Below, one piece after another: positions 47,601 to 64,000 of a stretch of DNA of 64,000 nt. A program made the translations under genes and the position numbers. This stretch comes from Anaeramoeba ignava BMAN (taxonomy: Eukaryota > Protista > Anaeramoebae). Positions within the stretch are counted from its first letter, which is position 1, and every line of letters starts with the position of its first letter. The stretch is from assembly GCA_028826165.1 (NCBI GenBank), contig JAPDFW010000073.1:310001-374000 (forward strand), written 5' to 3'. The notes beneath the pieces are model-generated. The model worked only from the letters and a program-made list of their open reading frames with translations, searched no databases and was not told the DNA's origin.

Positions 47601-49748
47601 CTATTACTCTTGTACAATATGAAATTAAACAATCTCGAAATTCTGATTTTAATGAAGAAAGTGGAGTTTTTTGAAAATAAAATAAAGATAACTTTTGCTC
47701 TTCCTGTTTAATTATAATTTTAATTATAATTTTAATTTTAATTTTAATTTTAATTTTAAATTTTAATTTTAATTTTAATTTTAATTTTAATTTTAATTTT
47801 AATTTTAATTTTAATTTTAATTTTAATTTTAATTTTTAATTTTAATTTTAATTTTATAAATTAATTTTTGATTTTAATTTTATAAATTAATTATAATTTT
47901 AATTTTATAAATTAATTATAATTTTAATTTTAATTTTAATTTTAATTTTTAATTTTAATTTTAATTTTAATTTTAATTTTAATTTTAATTTTAATTTTAA
48001 TTTTAATTTTAATTATTTTCTTAAACACACATTAATTTGTATAGTTTTTTCATTTGTTTCTGTTTCACTTTCTTTTCTATTTTCTTTTGGTGTTTGTTGT
48101 GGTGTTTGATCAAGATTAGAATCTTCTGAAATTTCAGAAGTTTTAAAATAAATATTGCTAAGCCAAGAACGAATTAATGAAAATGAAAGAGAATTATAAA
48201 CTTGGTCTAAATTTTTTGAATTTCAATTTTTTGAATTTAAATTTTTTGAATTTAAATTTTTTGATTTTAAAAATTTCTGTTTAAAAATTTTTTGAATTTA
48301 AATTTTTTGAATTTCAATTTGTTTTAAATTTTTTGATTTTAAATTTTTTGAATTTAAAAATTTCTGTTTAAAAATTTCTAATCAACTAATATAAAAGATA
48401 ATATACCTGCTGCATAAACTTGAGATCCATTAAGAATTGTAAAAAAATCTTTATATCTACTTCCATCTAATTCAACAGTAGAAATTTGAGTATCCTTTCT
48501 CCAAACTAAAAAATTAAAAAATTAAAATTAAAATTAAAAAATTAAACAATTAAAAAATTAAAAAATTAAAATTACAAGTTCCTGATTGTTCAATAACTAA
48601 AGATGCTGTTTTAAGCCATGTTGTCATTTGTCTTTCAATAGTTTCAATAGTTGATGAATTATCTCTGAAAATATTTGAATGAGAATAAACTAAAATTTTT
48701 TAAAAATTAATGAAAAATATTTTTGAATATTTTGAAAAAGAAAAATTAATTTAATTTACTTAATTGGTTTAAATTTGTTAATATTAGTTCGCATGCTATT
48801 AAATCTCTTTGAAGCCATGATTCAAATTGAGATAATTTACTTTGTAAAACTGAACCATCTTTAATAACATGAAGAAGATCCATTAAAGCTAATAATTTAT
48901 CTCCATTAGATTCTGAAAAACTAATTTAAATATAAATTTAATTATAAATTTAATTATAAATATAATTATAAATTTAATTATAAATTTAATTATAAATTTA
49001 ATTATAATTATAAATATAAATTTAATTATAAATTTGATTATAAATTTAATTATAAATTTAATTATAAATTTAATTATAAATTTAATTATAAATTTAATTA
49101 TAAATATAATTTTAAATTTAATTATAAATTTAATTATAAATTTTGATATAAATTTAATTATAAATATAATTATAAATATAATTATAAATATAATTATTAA
49201 TTTAATTATAAATATAATTATAAATTTAATTATAAATTTAATTATAAATTTAATTATAATTATAAATATAAATTTAATTATAAATATAATTATAAATATA
49301 ATTATAAATATAATTATAAATTTAATTATAAATTTAATTTTAAATTTAATTATAAATTTAATTATAAATTTAATTATAAATATAATTTTAAATGTGAATT
49401 TTTACGAGGAATCAACTAAACTTGTTTTCATTCCTGTTGATTTTCTAAGAAGATGAACACAAATAGATTTAATTTTATTTGAAGATTTTGGATCTTGAAG
49501 AAGATTTAAACTTTTTTAAAAAATAAAAATTTAATTTAAAATTTTAATTAATTTAAATTAATTTTATTTTACAGTAATTTTATTAATTGTTTATAAGATT
49601 TTGATTTCTTTTTAATTGTAAATTGATAAAGAAAAATTTTGCGAATTTCATCTAACATTTCTCTTCCTCTATTTCCTGATTGAAAAATAGTAATTGCATT
49701 TGATAAAACTTTAGCAAAATCTTTTGAAGCTAATTTAGGTCTTTCCAT
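44663..49748 (-). CDS. AP5Z1: AP-5 complex subunit zeta (many exons; one probable homopolymer frameshift near 49610)
   Basis: PILRVVAWNP, EFVEILPSLI, EIFHLILDLPLLTASLE, WLIGEY, FSKLAARDHELIPRALLTLTK, RAQE...LKNPSLA. Confidence 0.85.
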
Positions 49749-49868
49749 TAATTTAATTTAATTTTTAATTTTGAAAAAAAATGAAAAAAATAATTTTAAT
49801 AATTTTAATAATTTTAATAATTTTTTTTTTGTTAATTTTTTTTTTCATTTTTTTTTTTCTTAATTTAA

Positions 49869-54012
<4,144 letters not shown>

Positions 54013-54089
54013 TTATTGATTATTAAAGAAATTTCAAATTTGGTTGTTATTTTTAAATTTAAAAATTAAAAAATAAAAATTAAAATTGA

Positions 54090-55310
54090 AAATGAAAAAA
54101 AGTGGAATAAATTGATTATTAATTTGATTTTAATTTTGATTGATTATTGATTTATTTTTAGATTTAAAATTAAAATTAAAATGAAAAAAAGTGGAATAAA
54201 TTGATTATTAATTTGATTTTAATTTGATTTTAATTTGATTATTGATTTATTTTTAGATTTAAAATTGAAATAAAAAAAAGTGGAATAAATTGATTATTAA
54301 TTTGATTTAGATTTGATTTTGATTTATTTTTAGATTTATTTTTAGATTTAAAATTGAAATTAAAAAAATGGAATAAATTGATTATTAATTTGATTTAATT
54401 TAATTTAATTTGATTTATTTTTAGATTTTAAAATTAAAATTAAAATGAAAAAAAGTGGAATAAATTGATTATTAATTTATTTTTAGTTTTGAATTTTAAT
54501 TTGATTTAGATTTATTTTTAGATTTAAAATTAAAATTAAAAAAAGTGGAATAAATTGATTATTAATTTGATTTTAATTTAATTTTAATTTGATTTTAATT
54601 TTAATTTAATTTGATTTTGATTTGATTGATTATTTATTTATTTTTAGATTTAAAAATTAAAATGAAAAAAAGTGGAATAAATTGATTATTAATTTAATTT
54701 AATTTTGATTGATTATTGATTTATTTTTAGATTTAAAATTGAAATTGAAATAAAAAAAAGTGGAATAAATTGATTATTAATTTAATTTAATTTAATTTTG
54801 ATTGATGATTAATTTATTTTTAGATTTGAAATTAAAATTAAAAAAAAGTGGAATAAATTGATTATTAATTTGATTTTAATTTGATTTTGATTTGATTATT
54901 GATTTGATTTGAAATTGAAATAAAAAAAGTGGAATAAATTGATTATTAATTTAATTTAAATTTGAATTTAATTTGATTTATTTTTAAAATTGAAATTGAA
55001 ATAAAAAAAGTGGAATAAATTGATTATTGATTTGATTTAATTTAATTTAATTTGATTTATTTTTAGATTTAAAATTAAAATTAAAAAAAGTGGAATAAAT
55101 TGATTATTGATTTTAATTTGAATTTGATTTTGATTTTGATTGATTAATTTATTTTTAGATTTAAAATTAAAATGAAAAAAAATGGAATAAATTGATTATT
55201 AATTTGATTTAATTTTAATTTTGATTGATTATTAATTTATTTTTAGATTTAAAATTAAAATGGAAAAAAGTGGAATAAATTGATTATTAATTTGATTTTG
55301 ATTTTGATTT
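54090..55310. repeat. Intergenic tandem repeat F: core AAAAAAGTGGAATAAATTGATTATT with variable-length low-complexity linkers (~14 copies)
   Basis: Cores at ~54101, 54191, 54280, 54369, 54455, 54545, 54672, 54760, 54848, 54929, 55010, 55090, 55183 and 55270. Confidence 0.9.
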
Positions 55311-55476
55311 GATTTTAATTTCGATTTCGATTTTAATTGATTTTTTAAAAAGAAAAAAAAAAGTAAAAAAGAGAAAAATTACATCATCACTTTTAAAAAA
55401 AAAATTTTTTTTTTATTAAATTTTTTTTTTCATTTTTTTTTTTCATTTTAAATTAAATTAAATCAAATTAAATTAA

Positions 55477-58400
55477 ATGGAAAAAACAAATTTAAAACCT
55501 GCTATTGTCAAATACGTTCAATCAGGAGATGTTGTTACTGTCAGAGGAAGAGATAGTAAAAAAGGACCACCACCAGAAAAGACATTGACACTTGCGAGCA
55601 TTCAAGCACCCAGATTAGGAAGGAACAAGGAAAAAGACGAAGCTTTTGCATGGGAATCAAGAGAATTTCTTCGGAAGTTGTTAATTGGACAGGAAGTGAC
55701 GTGGTTTATAGAATACATTGATGAAAAAAGTGGGAGAGAATTTGGGACGATTTTTCTTAACGGACAAAATGTGTCAGTGATGGTTGTTGAGGAAGGACTT
55801 GCAAGACCTCGGGCGCTTGGAAAGAAGGTGTCTAAATATTATCGGAATCTTGAAGAGGCGGCCGAGGCTGCAGAAACCGCTAAGATTGGGATTTGGAGCG
55901 ATACCAAAAGAGAGCATGAAAATTCAATCCGTAAATTACCGCGTGACATTGACGTCAAAAGCATTTTGAACCAGAAAACCTTTCAAGGAATTGTGGAGTA
56001 TGTCCGAGACGGAAGCACTGTACGCGTTTTGCTGCTCCCGAGTTTCCAGTCAATTATGGTCTATTTCGCAGGCATACAGTGTCCTGGATTCAAGAGAGTT
56101 TCAGCCAATGAAAAAGACGAAAAGAGCAAAAAGAAAAAAGAAAAAGACAATAAATCCTCAGGAGATGTGTCTTATGTCCCCGAGCCGTATGCGTTGAACG
56201 CCAAGTTCTTTACCGAAAGCAAACTGCTTGGGAGAGATGTTAAGGTCGGTATTGTTGGTATCGATAAAAATGAGTTCTTTTATGGTGACATCCAAGTGGT
56301 TGATGATGAAGAATCTTTTCTTTATCAAATTTTAACTGAAGGTTATGCTAAAATTGCTGAATGGAGCATTAAATACTTGCCAAATCCTGAGAAAATGAGA
56401 AATTCTGAGCAAATGGCAAAAAATAAAAGAAAAAGAATTTGGAAAAATTATACGCTTTCAGAAAAAGACTTGCGAATGCAAGAATTAATCACTTCCATTT
56501 CAGAAACAAAGGATTTCTACGGAACCGTTGTGGAAATTATCGGCGGAGACTTCATTTCCGTCCGTGAAAAGACAGAAAAGGATCCAAATTGCAAAACTTA
56601 TAAACCGTTAGAAAGAAAAATTTCACTTTCAAGTATAGTAACCCCGAAAAAATTCAAACACTCGCTCGAGCCCTTTTCTTTTGAGGCTAAAGAGGCCCTC
56701 AGGAAAATTGCTATCGGCGCTGATGTCAAAGTGACAATCGATTATGTCCGAGAATCAGACTCCAAGTCCTCCAACGGATTGAGGGAGTACGGAACTGTTT
56801 TAATTATAAAAAATGGAGATCAATCAAGTCAAGAAGATGATCAAAATGCAGAAAAAAAGAAAAAAGGAAAAGGCAAAAAAAAACAAGAAACTTCAACTGG
56901 CAAAAAACAAGAAACTCCAACTGGCGAGAAAAATTTAGCTGAACATCTTCTTTCTCTTGGTCTTGCTTCTGTTGTCAGACATCGCTCAAACGATCCAAGA
57001 TCCCCTTTTTACGATAAATACGTCTCCTTAGAAGAAGCAGCAAAGAAAAAAAGACTTGGCAAATTCTCAAACAAAAAACCAATCACACAATTCAACGACT
57101 TGACAAACCAAAACGCTTCAAAAGTGACCCAAATTTTTAGTCTGTTTAATAACGTAAAAAAAATTCCTGCAATCGTTAATTTCTGCACTTCTCCTTCGCG
57201 CTTTATTATATTAATCCCGAAGGAAACAATCATCGCACGTTTTGCATTATCATGCGTTTCCGTAATGAACTCAAGCGAACCGTTATTCGACGAAGCAAAG
57301 GATTTCGTTCGTTTTCTTTGCCAAGATCGTCAAGTTGAATTGGAATTTGAAAGAATAGACAAAAAAGGAACAGTGATCGGAAACATTCTCATCAATAACA
57401 CAAGTCTCACACATCTTATACTCTCCAACGGATATGCCCAAATACACGAATTCTCTGCACAAAAATCTGGCGATTATCAAAATTTAGTTCAATTAGAAAA
57501 ATCTGCAAAAGAAAAAAAACTTGGAATTTGGGGACATGAATATTACATCTCAAAATTACAATCAATCGAGAAAAATTCGGAAAAAAAAAGACAAGAATCA
57601 TTGCCATCAAAACCAATAGAAGAGCATTTCGAAGGGTTTGTTAATATTGTGTATGGTGCAAATTCGTTCTATATTTGCAACAAGGATCGGGAGAACGAAC
57701 TTGAGAAAATCACAAAATTCACCGATTCCATTTCAAAAAAAATTTCGCAATCAAAATCAAAAAACAAGAGTCAAGATTTGAAATTCAAAAAGGATGATTT
57801 GTGTTTATCTCAGAACGCAGAGACAGGGAAATGGTGTCGAGGAAAAATCATTTCGGAGCACAAAACAGCATACAAAGTGCTTCATATTGATTTCGGAACA
57901 ATTGAAAATGTGACACTCAACCAACTTTATCCACTTGAAGATAACGAGATTGCTTCTATACCACCACTTGGCGCACAAGCCAAGCTTGCTTTTATTGAAA
58001 TCCCTTCAGATCAAAGAAGGCTTGAAATTGATCCTGTAGAATTTTTGGAAGATTTGATTCTCGGAATTCCAACAGAATGCACTCTTTTAAGACAGAAAAA
58101 CGTCGCCGTTATGAATTGCTTCATTTCTGCTTGGAAACCTGAAGCAGAAATCGATCCAGAACCTGTTAATTTAACTTCCAATTTGGAACAAAAAGGATTT
58201 GTTGTTAAAAAATCAAAACAAAAGAAAGGAAAGAAAAAATCAAAACAATCAAAAGTAAATTTGAAATCTCAAGAAAAACAATTTTTGGAAGATTTTCCAT
58301 CACTTTCAGAACAACCAAAAAAAGAAACAAACAATGAAAATCAAAATCAAAACGAAAATGAAAACGAAAATCAAAATGAAAATCAAAACGAAAATCAAAA

Positions 58401-58626
58401 TGAAAATCAAATTGAAAATCAAAAATTAATTAAAGTTGATATTGTTAAACATATTGTTTCAAAAGGTTTAGCGAAAGTTGATAAAAATCAAGCCAAATTG
58501 TTCTCAGATTCAGACTACTTTGATTATATTAATCAACTCAAAGAATTAGAAAAAGAAGCAAAAGCAAATCATTTGGGTATTTGGCTTTTTGGTGATTCTT
58601 ATGGTGAAGATTTAGATGCTTTTTAA
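55477..58626 (+). CDS. SND1: Tudor staphylococcal nuclease (1049 aa, intronless)
   Basis: VKYVQSGD...GPPPEKTLTLASIQAPRL...DEAFAWESREFLRKLLIG; four SNase repeats, a Tudor-like domain and the C-terminal GIWLFGD. Confidence 0.95.
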   Translation: MEKTNLKPAIVKYVQSGDVVTVRGRDSKKGPPPEKTLTLASIQAPRLGRNKEKDEAFAWESREFLRKLLIGQEVTWFIEYIDEKSGREFGTIFLNGQNVSVMVVEEGLARPRALGKKVSKYYRNLEEAAEAAETAKIGIWSDTKREHENSIRKLPRDIDVKSILNQKTFQGIVEYVRDGSTVRVLLLPSFQSIMVYFAGIQCPGFKRVSANEKDEKSKKKKEKDNKSSGDVSYVPEPYALNAKFFTESKLLGRDVKVGIVGIDKNEFFYGDIQVVDDEESFLYQILTEGYAKIAEWSIKYLPNPEKMRNSEQMAKNKRKRIWKNYTLSEKDLRMQELITSISETKDFYGTVVEIIGGDFISVREKTEKDPNCKTYKPLERKISLSSIVTPKKFKHSLEPFSFEAKEALRKIAIGADVKVTIDYVRESDSKSSNGLREYGTVLIIKNGDQSSQEDDQNAEKKKKGKGKKKQETSTGKKQETPTGEKNLAEHLLSLGLASVVRHRSNDPRSPFYDKYVSLEEAAKKKRLGKFSNKKPITQFNDLTNQNASKVTQIFSLFNNVKKIPAIVNFCTSPSRFIILIPKETIIARFALSCVSVMNSSEPLFDEAKDFVRFLCQDRQVELEFERIDKKGTVIGNILINNTSLTHLILSNGYAQIHEFSAQKSGDYQNLVQLEKSAKEKKLGIWGHEYYISKLQSIEKNSEKKRQESLPSKPIEEHFEGFVNIVYGANSFYICNKDRENELEKITKFTDSISKKISQSKSKNKSQDLKFKKDDLCLSQNAETGKWCRGKIISEHKTAYKVLHIDFGTIENVTLNQLYPLEDNEIASIPPLGAQAKLAFIEIPSDQRRLEIDPVEFLEDLILGIPTECTLLRQKNVAVMNCFISAWKPEAEIDPEPVNLTSNLEQKGFVVKKSKQKKGKKKSKQSKVNLKSQEKQFLEDFPSLSEQPKKETNNENQNQNENENENQNENQNENQNENQIENQKLIKVDIVKHIVSKGLAKVDKNQAKLFSDSDYFDYINQLKELEKEAKANHLGIWLFGDSYGEDLDAF

Positions 58627-58851
58627 AAAGAAAAATATTTCTTTTTCTTAAAAAATTCAATCCAAATTATTCCTTTATTTTCTTCTTCTTCTTCTTCTTC
58701 TTCAAATCATTCTTTTATCAAAATCTCATAATTTTCTTTTTCATTTTAATTCAAAAAGAAAAAAAAAATTTAATAAAGATTCTTTTTAGACCAAAATCAA
58801 AAATAAAAAATTTAATTAAATTTTTTATTAAAATTTTTTTATTAGAATTTT

Positions 58852-61800
58852 TTATTTCTTTTTTGGAAATATTTTCAAACATTCTTGAGCTAATTGTTGA
58901 ACTTGGAAACTTAAACTTAAATTTGTTGATAATTCTTGAATTTTTCCAAAAAGAAAATTTAGAAGTGATTCAATTTGAGAAGATTTTAATAAATTTTTTA
59001 TACTTTTCAGAAAACATTCAATAATTTCATTATCTAAAGAATCTAAAAGATGAAGAAATGGTTTTAAATCAAATCCAACTTTAATTAAACAATTTTTTGG
59101 TTTTTCTATTTTTATTATTAATTTTTTAAATGAAAAATTTTTTTAATTGAAAATGTTTTAATTTTTTTTGTTGAAATTAAATTTTACCTTTTTCAGTTAA
59201 ATGAAGTAACATTTTAAGTCCTTCCATTTGAAGAATTTTATGTTCTGAACTAATTAATAAAATGATTGATGAAAAAATTTCTTTTTGAATAAAATCACAA
59301 AGTAATTCTGGATCTTCTGTATTTAAAACTAAATTATAAAGAACTCTAACTGAAGAAAACATTGAACGTTTTAATGATTCATTTTTGGATAATTTCATTA
59401 AAGGTTGAAATCCTTCATTTTCAACAATAAATTTAGAAATTTCAGGAACTATTTTTTAAAACAAAATTAAAATTAAATTTAAATTTAAAACTGAAAAGGA
59501 AATGAATTTTTTTTTTCTCTTTTGAATTTAACCTGATGAAAGAAAATGTAAAGCAGAAACGCAATAATTTTGAACTTCAGCTCTATCTGTATCAAGTAAT
59601 TTGATTAATAATTTCATAATTTCTGGAAAATGAACAAATAAATTTCTTGTTTGTTCTAAAATTTAAAATATAAATATAAATATTAATATAAATATAAATA
59701 TTATAAATATAAATATAAATATTATAAATATAAATATAAATATAAATATAAATATAAATATAAATATAAATATAAATATAAATATAAATATAAATATAAA
59801 TATAAATATAAATATAAATATAAATATAAATATAAATATAAATATAAATATAAATATAAATATAAATATAAAAATATAAATATATAAAATAAAATATAAA
59901 AAAAAACATAAAATAAAAATATAAAATAAACATAAATAAAATATAAAAATATAAATATAAAATATAAATATAAAATAAAAATAAATATAAATATAAATAT
60001 AAATAAAAATATAAAATATAAACATAAATATAAATATAAAATATAAATAAAAACATAAATATAAAATAAATATAAATATAAATATAAAATATAAATATAT
60101 AAATATAAATATAAATATAAATAAAAAAATAAAATATAAAATAAATATAAAATAAATATAAATATAAATATAAAATAAATATAAATATAAATATAAATAT
60201 AAATATAAATATAAATATAAATATAAATATAAATATAAATATAAATATAAATATAAATATAAATATAAATATAAATATAAATATAAATATAAATATAAAT
60301 ATAAATATAAATATAAATATAAATATAAATATAAATATAAATAGAAATATTTAAATAAAAATATAAATATAAATATAAATATAAATATTTAAATAAATAT
60401 AAATATAAATATAAATATAAATATAAATATAAATATAAACCTGGTAATGTTAAATTTCTAATTGTTCCTGCAGCTAAATGTTGAATTCTAAAATCTTTAT
60501 TTCTCAAAAATTTTTCAAGAGGAATTAAAACAGTTCTTTCCATTAATTTCATACAAACAGAATCTTGATTTCATTTTTTAAATTTTTTAAATTTTTTGAA
60601 TTTTTGAATTTTGAATTTTGAATTTTGAATTTTGAATTTTGAATTTTTTATACCAGTTCTTGCTAAATTTGCCATCCACATTGCTGCTGAAAGAGATATT
60701 TCTGAATCTTCTGAATAAATTAATTTAGTAACAAGATCAATAACATTATTATTAAGCATTATTTCCATTGCATCATCATTTAAAGCTAAATAAGTTAAAA
60801 TTCGGAAAAGATTTTTTTGATTTTCATCAAAATTTTCAAGATTAATTAATTGAATTAAAGGAAGAACAAGTTTTTCTTTAATAATTAAAGTTCGACATTT
60901 TTCTAAAAAAGAAATTAAATTAATTTTATTTGAATTGAATTGAATTTAATTTAATTTAATTGAATTGAATTGAATTGAATTGAATTTATTTGAATTGAAT
61001 TGAATTGAATTGAATTGAATTGAATTGAATTGAATTGAATTGAATTTATTTGAATTGAATTGAATTGAATTGAATTGAATTAAATTTAATTGAATTGATT
61101 TGAATTGAATTGAATTGAATTGAATTGAATTGAATTGAATTGAATTAAATTGAATTGAATTGAATTTATTTGAATTGAATTGAATTGAATTAAATTGAAT
61201 TGAATTTATTTGAATTGAATTGAATTGATTTAAATTTAATTTAATTGAATTGAATTTATTTTATTTGAATTGATTTGAATTGAATTGAATTATAAAATTT
61301 ATACCTTCAATTGTAATAATAGATAATATTTCATAAGATATTTCTTGAATTTCTCCTGTTGAATTTGTTAATAATTTAAATAAAGGAATAACTGAATCTA
61401 AATCAGAAAGTATTTTTCGATTTTCTTCAACTTCTATTAAATTATTAATTGTACGAAGAGTAACAAGTAATAATTGTTGATTATCAATACTATTTATAAA
61501 TGGAGTAATATACTGAAGTCCTTTTTTCTTTCCAATTTCTGTTTGAATATCCTCTAAAAAAAATTTAATGAAAATCGGAAAAAAATTTTTAATTTGATTT
61601 TGATTTTGATTTTAATTTTAATTTGAATTTTAATTTTAATTTTAATTTTAATTTGAATTTTAATTTTGATTTTGATTTTGATTTTGATTTTAATTTTGAT
61701 TTTAATTTTAATTTTAATTTGAATTTTAATTTTGAATTTGAATTTTAATTTTGATTTTAATTTTGATTTTAATTTTAATTTTAATTTTAATTTTAATTAA

Positions 61801-62620
61801 TTTTGATTTTGATTTTGATTTTAATTTTAATTTTGATTTTAATTTTAATTTTAATTTGAATTTTAATTTTAATTTTAATTTTGATTTTAATTTTAATTTT
61901 AATTTTAATTTTAATTTTAATTTTAATTTGAATTTTGATTTTAATTTGAATTTTTAAATACCATTTTCATTTGAAATATTGAGAAAAAATCCAATACAAA
62001 TTCGAATAAACTCTGAATTATCTTTAATAGATAAAGAAGAAAGAATTTGAAGAGGTTTTTCAAGTCCACCTTTTTGGAAAATTAATTCACTATTTTTAAC
62101 TAAAAAAATCCAATTAAAAAAATACAATTAAAAAAATCAATTAAAAAATTAAATAAAAAAATTAAAATGAAATACAATTATCAAAACATAAATTTGCTAA
62201 TAATCTCAGTGTTAAACGTTGAAAATCAAGATTTTTCTTGCTTAATAAAGGAAATAATGTATTTAATAATTCATCAGAAATAATTATTTGTCTAATTTCA
62301 TCATCTTTTGCAAATTCACCAAGAATATCTAAAGATAAAATAGGAATATTATTGGGTTTCATTGTTAAAGTTGTTATTAAATTCTTTATAAGTTCGTTAT
62401 TAAAAAATTCTGTTCGTTTTTCTTCTGTTTTTTTTTTTAATTTTTATTTTAAAAATTTAAATTTATTTTTTGCTTTTTTTTTGAAATTTTTAAATTTTTT
62501 TTTAAAACCTGTTGATGTAATTTCTTGTAAAATTTGTTGAAGAATTTCACGAATAATTGATGGTTTTTCTTTTTTTGAAATTGATTGAATAAATTTTTGA
62601 ATTAAATTTTGAGAATCCAT
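58852..62620 (-). CDS. Armadillo-repeat protein, SmgGDS/RAP1GDS1-like (~9 exons)
   Basis: [61 protein letters not shown]. Confidence 0.75.
59660..60438. repeat. Intronic (TAAATA)n hexamer microsatellite
   Basis: Fills an intron of the ARM-repeat gene. Confidence 0.95.
60925..61295. repeat. Intronic (TGAAT)n pentamer microsatellite
   Basis: Fills another intron of the ARM-repeat gene. Confidence 0.95.
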
Positions 62621-62722
62621 TTCAAAAAGAAAAGAAAAGAAAAGAAAAAAAATGAAAAAAATTAAAAAAAATTAAAAAAATTATTTTTTTTTTCATTTTT
62701 TTTTTCATTTTTAAAAATTTAA

Positions 62723-64000
62723 ATGGATATTGAAGAAGTAAATTTAGCTATTGTTACTTCATTAAAACTTTCTAGTAGAGGAAATGCTATTATTGCAGAA
62801 CTTTTCAGACTTTCTGATAATATTCCTGAAATTTATAAAAATGAACCTGAAAAAATTCATGAATTTATTTTAATGGATTTTCAATATTTAACTCAATCAG
62901 GTTTTGTTGAAAATCAAATTTCTGAAAATCCTGTAAATTTATAATTAAATTAATAATTAAATTTATAATTAAATTTATAATTAAATTTATAATTAAATTT
63001 ATAATTAAATTTATAATTAAATTTATAATTAAATTTATAATTAAATTTATAATTAAATTTATAATTAAATTTATAATTAAATTTATAATTAAATTTATAA
63101 TTAAATTTATAATTAAATTTATAATTAAATTTATAATTAAATTTATAATTAAATTTATAATTAAATTTATAATTAAATTTATAATTAAATTTATAATTAA
63201 ATTTATAATTATATTTATAATTAAATTTATAATTAAATTTATAATTAAATTTATAATTAAATTTATAATTAAATTTATAATTAAATTTATAATTAAATTT
63301 ATAATTAAATTTATAATTAAATTTATAATTAAATTTATAATTAAATTTATAATTAAATTTATAATTAAATTTATAATTAAATTTATAATTATATTTATAA
63401 TTATATTTAAAATTAAATTTATAATTAAATTTATAATTAAATTTATATTTATATTTATAATTAAATTTATAATTAAATTTATAATTATATTTATAATTAT
63501 ATTTATAATTAAATTTATAATTATATTTATAATTAAATTTATAATTAAATTTATAATTAAAAATTTATAATTAAATTTATTTAATTAAATTTATAATTAA
63601 ATTTATAATTAAATTTATAATTATATTTATAATTAAATTTATAATTAAATTTATAATTAAATTTATAATTAAATTTATAATTAAATTTATAATTAAATTT
63701 ATAATTAAATTTATAATTAAATTTATAATTATATTTATAATTAAATTTATAATTAAATTTATAATTAAATTTATAATTAAATTTATAATTAAATTTATAA
63801 TTAAATTTATAATTAAATTTATAATTAAATTTATAATTAAATTTATAATTAAATTTATAATTAAATTTATAATTAAATTTATAATTAAATTCATAATTAA
63901 ATTTATTTTTATTATTTTCTTTTTATTAGACTTTATCAGAAATGGATGAACAATTTCAAGAAAATTATTTCCAAATTATTGAAAGATTTTATTGGTTATT
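62723..64000 (+). CDS. WASHC5: WASH complex subunit 5 (strumpellin), 5' part (exon 62723-62932; exon from 63930 onward)
   Basis: SRGNAIIAELFRLSDNIP...ILMDFQY...|LSEMDEQFQENYFQIIERFY. Confidence 0.9.
62934..63902. repeat. Intronic 12-bp satellite (TAAATTTATAAT)n
   Basis: A near-perfect array filling WASHC5 intron 1. The same unit occurs at ~48930-49390 in an AP5Z1 intron. Confidence 0.95.

Noticed and set aside
54090-55310. CRISPR-like look of repeat F (constant core with variable spacers)
   Set aside because: The linkers are mutually homologous low-complexity GATTT/AATTT runs rather than unique spacers, there are no cas genes, and the context is eukaryotic.
60925-61295. Interstitial telomere or centromere satellite
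   Set aside because: The array sits inside a frame-restoring GT-AG intron like the other intronic repeats and has no telomeric G-runs.

Overview
Extremely AT-rich, gene-dense nuclear DNA from a eukaryotic protist. It has GT-AG introns and a standard code (TAA, TAG and TGA all act as stops). The gene families resemble what I recall for the anaerobic metamonad amoeba Anaeramoeba, but this is inference and was not verified. The window has two contrasting halves. (1) Positions ~159-22854 are almost intron-free and rich in expanded families: two BTB-coiled-coil-TLDc genes, each inside a tandem-repeat-bracketed cassette, an orphan BTB fragment, two EF-hand genes, COMMD10, two ankyrin-BTB genes and actin. 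This block is bounded on both sides by the same 9-mer, AAAGCGAAT. (2) Positions ~22969-64000 hold tightly packed housekeeping genes: AP-1 mu, DCAF7, TAF1A-like, CSE1-like, muskelin-like, a FYVE protein, PAP2, EPC-like, AP-5 zeta, AMPK alpha, SND1, SmgGDS-like and strumpellin. Many of their introns are inflated by intron-private microsatellites. The best candidate for a new system is the repeat-bracketed BTB-TLDc cassette. Its BTB domain and TLDc framework are nearly identical between copies, while discrete TLDc loops are hypervariable and the stalk varies in whole heptads, which suggests a dispersing, diversifying Cullin-3 adaptor or receptor family. Several frameshifts lie in homopolymers and are probably long-read errors. 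All gene calls come from manual translation and remembered motifs; no database searches were run.
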